Positions 1 through 12,046 of a stretch of DNA of 64,000 nt are shown piece after piece. Source of the DNA: Daphnia carinata (taxonomy: Eukaryota). The DNA is taken from assembly GCF_022539665.2 (NCBI RefSeq), contig NC_081331.1, forward strand, positions 9,052,001-9,116,000, given 5' to 3'. The notes under the pieces were generated by a model. The model was not told the origin of the DNA. It worked only from the letters and a program-made list of their open reading frames with translations, and made no database searches. The position numbers and the translations under genes were made by a program. Positions within the stretch are counted from its first letter, which is position 1; the number at the start of each line of letters is the position of its first letter.

Positions 1-25
1 AACAAACAGCTTCAGAAACAACGTC

Positions 26-790
26 TTGAGCCCAGGTACTTCCCTCTCGCGCGCTGGCTGCCCTTGCTCCCCCACGAATCTCTCTCTTCGGTCTTCCCAG
101 TGTTCCGGACGCGCGTTCCCCGCGTCAAGGCCTACAATCCACTTTTACGTCGCTCCATCGATCGGCACGTCTATCGCTCTCGCCAAGTCATTATTGGTCC
201 ATCTGTTGTGGCGACCGATCCTTTCAAATCGATCAATGCACTCCACAGCATTTTCCTTTGCCGTGCCGCGGAATTTCTCCGACTCCTTATGCTGGAAAAT
301 CGACCTTTCCGCCATGTCTTCCTCGTCTACAAGAAAAGGATCCCACACTAGTTCCTCTTCTTGAGCTATGGACTGTCCCCTTGGCGAATCTTCGACACTA
401 AATCCACTTCTTTCTGGCCTGACTGACACCGCTGTGTGTGGCGTGCTAGACGCCCTAGGTCGTAGGCCCTCGCGCGGGCTTCATCTTTCCAAGTCCGCTA
501 GTCGCTCTTCCGCCGCGTCGTGTTCTTCCGTCGACAGCTGCCTGCGTCGACGATCTCTCGGTGACGCCAGTGGTGTCAGCTTCCACGCCAACCGCGCTCG
601 CCTACGACTCCTTTCCCCAGCGTCTGGAATCAGACCTCTCCCGTGTGACATCAAAACGAGGACCCACTGTGACCCACTGCCAATCACACGTTTTCTCGAC
701 CGTTGTTGTGGCCTCGTGCCCAACAATAAATTGCTGAGTCCGACTTTCAGAAACCCCTCATCATCATGCAAAGTCCATTGGCGCTAAAAT
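26..790 (-). mobile_element. gag: Degraded Gypsy/Ty3 gag fragment
   Basis: ORF 145-429 reads KFRGTAKENAVECIDRFERIGRHNRWTNNDL, parallel to PIFSTNPGEDPMDWLERFELVAAYNRWSDAD in the gag at 10403. Interrupted by stops; boundaries approximate. Confidence 0.7.
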
Positions 791-1771
791 AAGAAACAAC
801 AGGTAACATTTGTTGAAACCGAAGATTTAAACAACTCAAACGAACCAGGAGAAATAACAAAATTAGTAAGTGAAATAAGCGACCTAATTTTGCCAACAGA
901 CAGTGGAGACAAATCTCTCCACTACGAGCCTGAATCAGAACACATCGTCGAGCTCCAGCAACGCAACGACGACCTAAGAGACCAAATAGAGATTCAAAAC
1001 GATAACATCATTCAACTAGAACAGAACTATCGTGCTCTAAAAAACAAAATGGGACTTTCGCACAAGGAGACTTCGAGGACTGAACATGACACAACAGATA
1101 CCAAAGACTCAAGCATAACTCCAACCCAACCTATCGTAAAAGCACTAGGAGAACTGTTTTCAAGGGAAGACAAAAAGTCTATACCGATTTTCTAAGGAAA
1201 AAGTACGAGGTGACGAGTTAGGCTACGACGAGTGGAAAACAGCCATCTTTGTAAGGTTCCAGGATGCATACGACATAGCAGCATTACGAAAAAAGTTGTC
1301 GATGCTAAAACAGAAACCTGAAGAGAAATGCAAAGCCTTTATCTCAAGAATCAACAGCCTCTACGAGTCCATTGAAGGCAAAGAAGAAAAATCAGACCAA
1401 AACCAAACCATCATCGATGGTCGACTCATAAACACAGTCAAGAGAATGAGAGATTATACCAAAATCCAAATCCTGATGCAAGGCATTTTACCAAAGTTAA
1501 AAGCAGAACTTTCGTTCAGAATGGCCGAAGACTCTGAAGATTTCGACCAGTTATGTAAACAACTGATCATATCCGAAGGCGTTCTACAAAGCAAAGAGAC
1601 TGCAGGCGACAAAGAAATAAACGCAATAATTACAGGGATAACGCATCACGAGAAACAACAAGATAACGAACTTTCACAACAAAAGACAGAAATCGAAATC
1701 CTAAAACAAAAAATACGTGAACTGGGAAATACTAATAAGAATCGTGAATTATCACAAGATAGCGATATAAC

Positions 1772-2210
1772 CAGACTTGCCGCGATCGCAATCAAAAATT
1801 GATCGCCGATCCGATCTTTTGAGAAAGATCGGAGATCGGATCGGCGATCCCAAAAAATTGATCGCGATCCGATCATTTTTAGCGATCAAACTTTTCGCCA
1901 TCTAGCGGAAAATTTTGCAGTCGCATGGCTCTTTTCACTATTATTTTTGCGAATGCCAATTGAGGGAAACTGTTTAGGATTCACCCTCAATGGCCGTCAG
2001 TGACTGCCGCTGTGACAGCCAATGCAACATTCGTTAGACGGTGTGAATTTTAAGCGTTAGATGGCGCACAAAAATGATCGGTAAAAATGATCGGCAAAAT
2101 TTGATAGCCGATCCGATCTTTTGCAGTTTGATCGGATCGCTTGATCCGATCAAACTCAAAAGATCGGATCGGATATCGAGATCGGAAAATAGATCGGCGC
2201 GGCAAGTCTG
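1772..2210. mobile_element. hAT-type non-autonomous element (MITE), 439 bp
   Basis: Perfect 13-bp TIR CAGACTTGCCGCG (1772-1784 / 2198-2210); perfect 8-bp TSD GATATAAC (1764-1771 / 2211-2218); many GATCGGATC/GATCCGATC subterminal repeats. An 8-bp TSD with a CAG start is typical of hAT. Confidence 0.92.
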
Positions 2211-3204
2211 GATATAACGGTAGCAGCAGCGGATCCTTACGAACAAAGAACTTCACGATCAAGCGAACGATATTCCAGACCACAAAATCCACGAGTACTC
2301 CACGAAAGATCGAATAGCAGAGGTTCCAGTCGTGACAGAAACTTCAATTGTAGCAGAGAAAACAGCCTATACCGCAACAACTATAATTCATCACGAAGAG
2401 AAGGTATCCCCACAGGGTATAGACAACTGAATTACCCAACCTACCAGCAACCACCTCAGAGATCTTCGTACACAAGTAGTCATACAAACTACAATCGACC
2501 CAATTTTCAACCACACAACAATCAACAGGTGTATCCCCAACCCCCCCATCCCACCCCATCCAGAACCAAAACACGATTGTGTGGGGGGACAGATCAACGA
2601 ATAATTCATACTCACAAACGTTGATTAAAGGAAACGGATACATAGAACTTCAAAGAATGCCGGAACACGAAAACACCAGCCGTTTCTACGACACGAATCG
2701 ACAGATCGAGATCTCGTTCCCCAACAAAAAAGATCGAGATATCACACCAAAAGGTTACAAAGTTGTAGGAATACCACTCACGTACCTAATTTTTCCACCG
2801 GAAACTACAAGATACTGTAGATGTTCAAAACTACTATAAATACATGCCTACAAAATACCTGGATAACTCAGTATGCAAGGACTATAGAGTACTTCAACAA
2901 TCCAAGCAAAGAAGATCAATTCAACACGAAGACATTTTTGCTGAACACTCCTCTTGAAGACTCAGACACTGGTAAACGCCTATATAACATTTCGTACGCC
3001 TGGGAACCTATAAGGATGGGATAGCAATAAGCAATTGGAATCGAGGAAAAAGGACGGTTAGTAGTACACAACGCCACGATATATGTAACCTACAAACCTG
3101 GAGAAAGTAACCCGATAATTGCCCACTATCGTCTAAACGACAGTGACCCACTTCCACCAGGATCAGAATTCGAATACATCGTAGATCAAACAATACGACT
3201 TAGA

Positions 3205-3845
3205 CCAAGCTGAAGTTAAGAATGCAAGAAGCATTGAAGAGAAACAGGCATGAAATGGTGCTCTGCAAATAGTTGAAGGTTTCCAGGTGAACTATCAATT
3301 TGACAAACACATTTGTAAGATCTTCAAAACTTTTAACCTTTCTGTATTGCAATAGGTTAAAGACTGTGTGGAATTGCTTGACAAATAAATTAAAAAACAA
3401 GATAAAATCAAATCAGAAAGTAAAAAAAAATTGGGCTGAACGCATCGAAGAAAAGGAAAAGAGAAAGGAATAACAACAGAAAAAGAAAACTGAAAAGAAA
3501 GAACATAAACTGAATTAACTAAAGAAAAAAGGCAAATTTATCGTATGAATTACTGATACTGACTCATGGGTGAGCTAAACTCGTGTTCTTTCATGTGCAA
3601 GCCACGTCGTGATAGTTTTTTATAAAAATACACTGGCATGCCTTCATGATCTTGGAAAAATTGATGAAAAAAAATCTTAGATTCATTTTAAAAGGTTTAG
3701 TGTCTTCACTAATAACAGACTCTCATAAAAAAAAGTCCTTCATGGTAGATAATAATTAAAATTGATTTGTAATTTTTAGTAGCTTTGTTAACGTCAAGTG
3801 CAAAGCTTCCTTATATTTCACTGTAGTATGTGATGTTAGGTAACC
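3205..3845 (+). repeat. Dispersed repeat, copy 1 (homologous to ~19480-20135); intron-containing fragment of an unknown gene
   Basis: Shares GCAAGAAGCATTGAAGAGAAACAG, GTGGAATTGCTTG, GAACGCATCGAAGAA and CAAGTGCAAAGCTTCCTTA blocks with 19480-20135, in the same order. Interrupts the env-like region; no TSD found. Confidence 0.8.
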
Positions 3846-3975
3846 TCATTAAAAACTCATTAACAGAGACAACCACAACGACCCCATTAGCCACAACAGA
3901 AACAACGTCTACAACAGAGGAAAATTATATTCAGGCTATCGAGGACAACGAAATTCAAAACCATCAGCAGCGTCC

Positions 3976-5146
3976 TTGATAAATTCATTGGATCAGAATA
4001 CTGAAGATTCCTTAAATGACGAAAATTTAGAGAACGGTCTACTGAAAAACATCGAGGAATTTAATGACAAAATTAAATACGAAATAAGCAAAATGCACGA
4101 ACAATATAAAATCAGCATTGAAACGGAACATGAAAACAAACTCGTGAAAGAAATTAGGGATGTTTATTGTCAACTGTCTACAATCAAAAAGACACAAGCA
4201 GTCACATTAACGCAAACTAATGGAATTCTAGCTGCAGCAGCGTTAGGTTTACCAATTTGCACGAGACTACAAGGATTGGACCAGTCAATGACGTTGCAAC
4301 AATGTGAAGCGAAAAGAATTTTTATTTCAGCAAATGGAACCAAATGTGGATTTCAACCGTTCTTTACTTACGAAGGAAAGAACTGCACCATTGGAAGAGA
4401 CGGATGGTCAATTCATCCCTACTCCGACTGTTTTTTGGAAAACACCTCTAGTAAATTTAAATGGAAATCCGCATAAATGGGAACACAACTCCCCAGCGGG
4501 TGATTGTGTACGTCAGAAACCCAACATCCACATCCCCAATCTAGAACTCATTACGGAATTTGAAGAACTCCATCTTAACGATTTCGACTTCTCGCTGAAA
4601 AGTCATCCAGAACACGAGACTATGGAGATGGAACAATTGAATATCCTGAATGACCTAGTACGTAGAATGCAGGAAGGGAACTCCAATTCCATTGGAGATA
4701 TCGTAGTGTCAGAACAACAGGAAAATCAAATAGGTCACATGTTCTCATGGTTCGACAATTTCAAAATAAGCAGCTTAGCAGTGATCGGATTCATACTCTT
4801 CCTAGTATGCCTACGAATCTTCATTGTGTGCAATCCTTTACCGAAGATTAAAGAACGCATTCACAGAAGCCGAAAAACGAGAAGATACGACGACAGTATA
4901 GAGGAAGAACATGAACTCACCTCAATGATACCGGCACGAGAACCAACATATCATACAGACATGGTTATCGAACAACCATTCACAAGAACGTCCGGCCCTG
5001 CGTCGCTGACAGCAGAAAAACATGGTAAAATACGCCCTCCACGGCCAAGCGCACCAAATCCAGTAATCTACCCATCTGTCGAAGAGACTGAACCTTCCAA
5101 ACGATGTACAGGAAAACACACTACATGCACTTACGTCATGGGGTAG
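3976..5146 (+). pseudogene. env: Retroelement envelope-like type I membrane glycoprotein (C-terminal part), frameshifted in a T6 run near 4430
   Basis: Long helix ...EIRDVYCQL..., then LAAAALGLPICTRL...TLQQCEAK...TKCGFQPFF...TIGRDGWSIHPYSDCF(W)KTPLVNLNG. TM segment ISSLAVIGFILFLVCLRIFIVC; Cys-rich tail HTTCTYV..WEDLCRC. Removing one T joins ORFs 3976-4476 and 4304-5146. Confidence 0.7.
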
Positions 5147-5749
5147 GCATAGTCTGGGAAGATCTATGTCGTTGCATACCAGAAACAGACAATACTAAAT
5201 CCACCAAGAAATAAAGCCCCAAGATCACACTAATGAAACTTAAAATAAAATTCAGATAAAAACTTTGTATTCAAGACTAAAACAACTAACTACAAAACTA
5301 AAAAACAGAAGCAAAATCAAAAACAAAAACAAAAACAAAAATACAAGAAAAAACAAAGAAAAGACAGGTTAGCCGTCCGAAGAATCACGCTCAGGAAGAG
5401 GGTCACCATAAAGAAGATAATTGTAGATCTGCGCTACGTGTGTTATGGCCAGGCGATCGTCATGCTCTTCTTAGAGATGCTCCCGCATCAACGGAGAAGA
5501 CGTCGGAGTAGGGTGATAAATATCATCACCTGACTCCAGCCACCAAAGGAATCGGGCAACCTCAGTGGGTTAAAGTCGCGATAGCGCGCATACCCAAGAT
5601 GGTTCCTGAAAGAAAACAGATTATTATTACAAAACCAAAAAAAAGAGAGAGTAAGACTATACCTACAGATAATAATAATCATTGAACCATGGGCGTTTAT
5701 GCCCGAAGTCCCGTGGCGACAAATCCGGCATTCGAAGGCCAGTCGAAAT

Positions 5750-8246
5750 GAGTTGAAGAAGAGACCGCGATCTTCGGAACGGAACCGCCAGAAAATGCTT
5801 ACAAGAGAAGAAAAGATCGCGTCATAGTTAGACGTACCATGTCTAACTATAACAGTTTTATATACACATTCCGCAGTTGTTTACGTAGTCTGATCTTTTA
5901 AAGCAACAGCCTCAACCCAACGGTTAAAATAATCAGTAATAACTAAAATATAACCAAATTTCCATTTAGTAAAACTGGCGTCATAGGCCAAAAAAATCCA
6001 TTCCAATTACTTGAAAAGGAGCCTTATCGATTTCATAGGGGTGCAAGAGTGCTCTATAAGTCAATGTCAGTGTCAAATGCCATGTATTTAAATTCGTAAA
6101 GGTTGTTTTCTACTACAAAAGCCTTTTTTTCAATAGTTGGCTCATCTACTTGTATTTGCCAATAGCCAGACGCCAAATCAAAAGTTGTGAAAAGAAATTT
6201 TCCGATAAATTGTGCAATTTTTCGTCTATTCTCGGCATAGGAAATGAATCTTTTTTCGTAATACTATTTAATTTCCAATAGTCAACGCAAAATCTTCCTC
6301 TCCACCTATTTTTTTAAATAGAACTACGGCTGAAGCCCATAGACAATGCGAATATTGAATTACATTAGCATCTAGCATTTCCTTACTTTATCTTCCAATA
6401 TTCTTCTTTGATTATTTGTAACTGAATATGGACGTCGTCGAATAGGGCCTCGTCATTGCGTATCAATTGTATGTTTTATAAGATCAGTGTTCCCTAATTC
6501 TGAATCTATGGATACGAACGTCATGAAAGTCATGACGTGAAAGTCATTTAATAATTTTGAGACTGGTGCTTGAAATTCAGCGTCGACTTCTGAAATTAAA
6601 AGTGGCTCATGCTTTATAGTAAGCTTTTGTTCAACTTTACTTAAAGCAATTTTTCCAATTACGGTTTTAATTATTTCAATTACGCCTAACGTGGTGTTCC
6701 TAGGAATTATGACTTGATTGAATGAATGATTGTCGACCATAATTGGATACTTTCCCTCTCCCGATATATTTCCAACGAATTCCTCAATTGAAATTAAAAT
6801 CCTCTGCTGGGTTCAAAAAATAACTGTGGTATTAGGGGGGACATGGAAAGAACTTATCATTTGCGCTGCAATTATTAGCAACGTCCGACGAAATAACGTC
6901 GTCTTTTTTACCGCAATAACAGCTATGTTGTACAAACAGCATCTCTGTTCATTTCTTGCTAAATAAATATACTTGACTTCTTGATCAAGCCGAAATCCGT
7001 GTTTCTGGACTGTGTCCCATTCAAGAATACAGTTCCCAGAAACACCTTTTGTAACAATTAACTCCTGTATCAAACCTAACTCTCCGTATCGTACGGGTTA
7101 AGTAACTCTTCCCAGCGTATATAACTTTTTCCCCATCATATAAATCGAAATCAGCTGACAGCAGATCTCTTGACTTCATGAGGGAACTGTTTAAATAATC
7201 TCTCGTGAATAATACTCTTAGACGCGCCCGTATCGAGGAAGGCTTGTAACAAGATCGGAAAATTTTTCAATGGAATTCTCGTCGATTGATTTGTTGTAGT
7301 TGTTAACTTTGCGACTTGTCAGGATTTAAACAGAGGCTCGTTATCAACTGACCCGAAGTTATAGTTGATATCTACTGGTTTCCCTGACACTGAGGGGGCC
7401 CTGGGATATTAGGCCTATTGGAATTTCTGAACTTCGTACAATAATTAGATTTATATCCAATTTCACGAAAAGAGTAACAGATTGGAGGCTTGGCTTGTTC
7501 CAATTTACGACGTTTCAAATTGACGGGAACTCGACTGTGTGTGGCCGCGATATCCACAGGAATTGCTAATTATTACAGGCTTGAGTAGGTATTATTGGAA
7601 TCATTAGCCGATCTCGAAAACGGAGGAGTGAAAGTTGTAGGCCTATTCGAAAACCTGGCGAATTTATAGGTGTTCGTGGCGTTATTAAACCACGGAGGGG
7701 GGGGGGCGTTCGGTTTTCTGTCCTGGCTGACGCTATCCGTTTGAAAGGAAACCTGTTTTCTATATGGGGCGTCCGGCGCCCGTTGAAGAAGAAATATAAT
7801 CTTTTGTTATCCAGTTGGAGTTGTTTTACCGCTTGAGTCAGTTCATGGAGAACATCTTTGATTCCATCCTTCTCCGATTTTGGATTCTCTGTGTGTTTGT
7901 TTCAATGGCAAATATTAGCAACGGGATTATTTACTATCTATTTCTGATCAATTATAATCTGTTTAAGTTTCTTTTATTCCCCATTCTTGGTGACATATCA
8001 ATCGTCTAACGCCCTCGGACAAATAGTTGAAGCCGTTCACGGTGGTTGCTCTGAGAGAAAGAGAATAAGCCATGTTATTGGTTTAAAAAGATAAGGAAAA
8101 TTTTAGCTTTCCTTTTTCTTGATTCTGACCGAGTCCTGACATATGACCCGGAATTGGTCGGAATTCGCCAAAGTTTCAATCGATTAATTGGACTGACGTT
8201 TCCTGAACCGCGGTCGTCTGGGTTGTCGACTGCTTTTCGACAGAGG
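5750..8246 (-). mobile_element. Degraded Gypsy gag-pol (3' part of the minus-strand element whose LTR is at 23470-25615)
   Basis: In minus-strand order: gag RLQLFVRG (~8030); decayed knuckle CYSFREIGYKSNYC (7372-7557); protease FLDTGAS (~7230); DLIKHTIDTQ and RT motifs RFCVDYWKLN..TKKDSFPMPRIDE, DLASGYWQI (6100-6480); integrase LVITDYF-like segment ..WVEAVA (~5900). Many stops and frameshifts. Confidence 0.85.
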
Positions 8247-8867
8247 CGAAACTCGGGTAGCCGGAGAAATAGGACCTCAAAATAGGACCTGGAGAAATAG
8301 GACCCGGAGATTTAGGACCATATTTCCAACCATTTTTCCTTAGGTCCTATTTCTCCATGTTGAAGGTCCTATTTCTACAGCATGGAGGTCCCACTTCTCC
8401 AGCATGGAGGGACTTTCGTAATACTGGACGAATATTATTTCTCTGCTAGTGAAGAAGAAAACCGAACGGCTTATATTGGTTTCTGTACTTCAACCAGAGT
8501 GATCAAAAGCCCGACTTGTCACTCTATCATAACTTTTTTGTTTGAATTAATATTCGTAATGTTTTTGCATGATTATATGCCCTATCTATTGCTTTATAGA
8601 GCTCATTGAATAGAAAAGTAATTTTGCTTACACAGTATTTGGATTTTTGCACTTTACATTTTTTTACTGGTGTTTTCAGGTCTAGCATCTCTATCCCTTA
8701 ACTGATGTCCTTATTCACTTTTTTTTTACTTTTTTCTTCGTTCCTCGATGGGAATTCCAGATGGGCGGTGAAGTACTCCTTAATAAATTGATAAATAAGA
8801 CAATTATTATATAAAGATAAATTTAAAAACGTAAGTTACGTCAAGACATTCATCTCAAGATACAAGT

Positions 8868-9125
8868 ATGGCTATGGAACCGACTCGGTTATCGAACCGA
8901 TTTTCCTATGCCGTGTATCAGCGCCGCTATTGGCTGTATTTTGAACTAAATCCATATTTTTTGGTGGGAATGAACGGATTACGCACTTTAAAACGTACAA
9001 ACACATGTTACTGACATTGGTTTTAGCAATTTTAGACAATAGTAAAAATTGGTTTAATGACTATGTAAAATAATAGCCTTCCAAACGAATTCAGGCGGAA
9101 AACAATAGAACAAAATGACTTATTG
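8868..9125 (+). mobile_element. Truncated copy of the Tc1/mariner-type MITE found at 20861-21351
   Basis: GCTATGGAACCGACTCGGTTATCGAACCGATTTT...GAATTCAGGCGGAAAACAAT...ATGACTT aligns with ~20890-21143; the terminal TIR is missing. Confidence 0.8.
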
Positions 9126-9658
9126 GGCTACCGTCGGTGTAACCGTTCATAATCATAGGAGTTCATCTGTACTTGTAACGATTTCCGACTCATTCGTAAC
9201 CAAGCATGATTCATTATATTCCATAAACTATTCAATGCTGATATCTATGTATAATTCTAATATATGTAAACTTTTTTTTTAAATTGAATGTATTTATTAA
9301 AATCAAACAGTTAAAGTAAAGAAAGCATATTCATTAGTAAAAGTATATTGCTGCTCACAATAGCATGGAGAGAGGAAAAATTAAAAGAGCATATAAGGTT
9401 TAGTAACCTTGAATTTTATTGAACCGTGCGCTTGTTAACGTGTTACCTGCGGGGTAGCGTTGAGGGTCGTTGTGGAAAACCATTTTCCTTAATAAAATAA
9501 AAGTTGTTGTTCAGAGTTACATCTTCACTTAAATTTCATTCGGTAACTGAAAATATTCTTTGACTCTTTGCTAATTACAATGACGGATGGTTCATGGATT
9601 GAGAGTGTCTAAATTAACAGTTATTTTTAGTCACCAATATAAACATGTTCAACTATAT

Positions 9659-10045
9659 TGTCACGTGGATTCGGATGACATCCACGTGTTAACGATGGAC
9701 AAGTGGAGTCCGAGGACATCCACGTGCTGGGGACGCCTCGTGCATCAGCCTCAACCCTTTTCTCCGCTTTCACTTCCGTAAGGTCAAGTAGAATTATCTA
9801 CTTGACCATCTTACCGGAAGAGCTTACCCCTTCTACGCGCTTTCTATTCGAATGCCGGTTCTTCTTTACTTCCCGCGTCACCCTGGCGGGTAACGACCCT
9901 TTTCTTTAAATAGGAGAGCCTACGAGTGAGACGGGGCTCTCAGTAGACAGTTGGATGCGGAGTGTTAAGTGTGGCAGAATTAATACACCGGTTCAAAAGC
10001 GCTGTGAGTCCGTCTTTTTAGTGAAGTGCGGCAGTAGCCGTCACA
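9659..10045 (+). repeat. 5' LTR (387 bp)
   Basis: TGTCACG...CGTCACA; direct repeat of 13154-13562; preceded by the ATAT TSD. Confidence 0.95.
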
Positions 10046-10047
10046 AT

Positions 10048-10059
10048 TGGTGGAGACGC
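10048..10059 (+). promoter_or_regulatory. Primer-binding site, probably tRNA-Ala
   Basis: TGGTGGAGACGC 2 nt after the LTR; complementary to the ...CTCCACCA 3' end of tRNA-Ala. Confidence 0.7.
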
Positions 10060-10107
10060 AGGTCGAGCCCCTAAATAGCTTCGTAAATTTGATTCCGTCA
10101 TATCGCA

Positions 10108-10293
10108 TTTGATTTCGTTCGTTTGCCGCAAACTGGTACAAGAGGTGGCCAGCAAGGCGGGAATTTCTTTTGTTGGGTAGATTCCCTTAATTTTTTTTGC
10201 ATACGGATCTTCAGTATATCACGTTTGATTTCGTTCGTTTGCCGCAAACTGGTACAAGAGGTGGCCAGCAAGGCGGGAGTTTCTTTTGGTGGG
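10108..10293 (+). repeat. Two ~70-bp direct repeats in the 5' leader of the LTR element
   Basis: TTTGATTTCGTTCGTTTGCCGCAAACTGGTACAAGAGGTGGCCAGCAAGGCGGGA at 10108 and 10224. Confidence 0.9.
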
Positions 10294-10402
10294 AAAGTTC
10301 ACTTATTCTTTTAGCTATTTTTCTCGTTTATTTTATTTTTACGCTGCCTCCTCGTCATTGAGATTCGAGACTAGTTGGATTCTCCAGTGTTCGCGTCGAC
10401 TG

Positions 10403-12046
10403 ATGAGTAAACAGTCGGGGAGATATCCTACGTGCGGCCGGGCGCCAAGTAGACGGTTACATCCAGAACTATTCGATCAATCTGAACTGGTAGAAAAAGT
10501 GGAAGTGCCTGATACTAGTGTTGTTGTAACACTTCCCACACGTGACAGTGCGACAGTGCCTATAGAAGACATTCGTGGAGTAGAGCCTGAAGTAATCAGT
10601 GAACCACGAAACTCGACACCGGAAGAACCTCGATATAATCTTTATACACGGCCCAGCAACATGGCAAGTGTACAAAAATTCATAGCACCGCCGATTTTTT
10701 CGACAAACCCGGGGGAAGATCCTATGGATTGGTTAGAACGCTTCGAGCTAGTGGCAGCGTACAATCGTTGGTCAGATGCAGACCAAGCTCGGAATTTTGC
10801 GATGTATTTGGAAGGGGCAGCCAGAAAGTGGTTTCTGGTGCATCCGCACCCTGATCACTGGGAAAATCTTCCGCTTCGCCCGAACCCGGAAGACCCAACA
10901 CGACCCAATCTGCCAGCAGCGACAGGGCTAAAATCTCAATTCGTAGCGGCCTTCCGGCAGGCAAATTTTGCGCTAGTACAAGAAAGCAAGCTTCGTCAAC
11001 GCATACAGGGCGTAGAGGAAGACATAGTGTCGTATTTCTACGACATAATTAATATGTGCAGGTTGGTGAACCCAACAATGTCCCAGGAGCATCAACTACA
11101 ACATCTATACCGCGGTCTGAAACCATCGTTATTGCAAAAAATTTACCCACATAAGCCGACATCTACGGCGGACTTTCTAGAACTGGCCAAGTTACACACG
11201 GAGGCCATGGTTCTTGCGAACCAGAAAGTGTGGGCCCAATCTTTAAGAGCGCTATCAGAGGAGCCGGAAAATACGAAACTGAACAAGAATGTGACTCAAC
11301 CGACATTAACAGCAGAAATTACGAGTGCGCTGCAACAATTAAACGAGTCGGTGAAACAGTTACACTTATCTACAGGACCGGCATTCCAAATGGCTAAAAT
11401 GGGTCAAAGCAAAATCAGTAGTAATGGATTCGACAGAAATAGAAGGACGACCGAGGGAAGATACGTATGCGGATTTTGTTCAAAAATAGGCCACCTGGAC
11501 TATAGATGTTTCCAAAATCCAGCGTCAGCATTATACAACGGTCCAAGACAGAATCAGTGGAGACAACAAGACGAACAACAATACAACAGGCAAGCAGGAC
11601 CGGTGAATTGTGTGGCGCTACATTCGAATAAAGAAGAAATACCGAATCATGAACAGCAGTTTTACGTTAATACTGTTAACATACCTTACAAAACGGACCA
11701 TGGCGCAGCACAGGCAACGCAAGCATTGTCAACACATGTAAATAAAGTTAAGTGTGGTGACATCAAAACAACAGCGGTGGTGGATACAGGCGCAGCAGTC
11801 AGTGTTGTATCGCCAAAACTACTGAAACGCACACAGTACGTTATGGAAAATTGGTGCGATTCGGACATTATATTAGCGAATGGCTCCAAAGTGACGCCAC
11901 TAGGAGCATCCCTGTGGACAATACAACAGCCCAAGGGAGGGCAGTGGTTATGGAAATGGATGGAATCGAGTTGTTGTTGGGGAACGATTTTCTTAAACAA
12001 TTCGGGAAACTACAAATTGAATACATCGGAGACACCACGCGAGTGA
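10403..12046 (+). CDS. gag: Gag (capsid plus CCHC zinc knuckle) fused in frame to the aspartic protease N-half; frameshift near 11905
   Basis: Uninterrupted ORF (first ATG at 10403). Retrotransposon gag motifs DWLERF..YLEGAARKWF, LRQRIQG..YFYDIINMC, LYRGLKP; knuckle CGFCSKIGHLDYRC; protease active site VDTGA. Confidence 0.9.
   Translation: MSKQSGRYPTCGRAPSRRLHPELFDQSELVEKVEVPDTSVVVTLPTRDSATVPIEDIRGVEPEVISEPRNSTPEEPRYNLYTRPSNMASVQKFIAPPIFSTNPGEDPMDWLERFELVAAYNRWSDADQARNFAMYLEGAARKWFLVHPHPDHWENLPLRPNPEDPTRPNLPAATGLKSQFVAAFRQANFALVQESKLRQRIQGVEEDIVSYFYDIINMCRLVNPTMSQEHQLQHLYRGLKPSLLQKIYPHKPTSTADFLELAKLHTEAMVLANQKVWAQSLRALSEEPENTKLNKNVTQPTLTAEITSALQQLNESVKQLHLSTGPAFQMAKMGQSKISSNGFDRNRRTTEGRYVCGFCSKIGHLDYRCFQNPASALYNGPRQNQWRQQDEQQYNRQAGPVNCVALHSNKEEIPNHEQQFYVNTVNIPYKTDHGAAQATQALSTHVNKVKCGDIKTTAVVDTGAAVSVVSPKLLKRTQYVMENWCDSDIILANGSKVTPLGASLWTIQQPKGGQWLWKWMESSCCWGTIFLNNSGNYKLNTSETPRE

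Larger units (their letters stand above)
790..5215 (+). mobile_element. Degraded Gypsy-like LTR element: gag remnant followed by an env-like glycoprotein, with no pol in between
   Basis: Gag-like ORFs 890-1195 and 1296-1771 (LKQKPEEKCKAFISRINSLY...ILMQGILPKLK); the frame continues after removing the MITE. Thr/Pro-rich and glycoprotein-like frames 2350-3190 and 3860-5215. No RT or IN motifs seen. LTRs not identified. Confidence 0.6.

Noticed and set aside
1785..2197. Dense GATC-containing repeats that could suggest a CRISPR array or methylation-site cluster
   Set aside because: Irregular spacing and no unique spacers; they are subterminal repeats of a TIR/TSD-bounded hAT MITE in a eukaryote.
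5400..5750. 3' LTR of the plus-strand env-bearing element
   Set aside because: No matching second copy, PPT or TG...CA boundary could be fixed.
8260..8410. GGAGAAATAGGACC tandem and inverted repeats as a CRISPR-like array
   Set aside because: 13-14-bp units with no spacers, mirrored at 21662-21774; explained as transposon TIR structure.
11895..11920. Programmed gag-pol ribosomal frameshift
   Set aside because: The shift falls in the middle of the protease, after DTG and before LLGND, with no slippery heptamer; a mutation is more likely.
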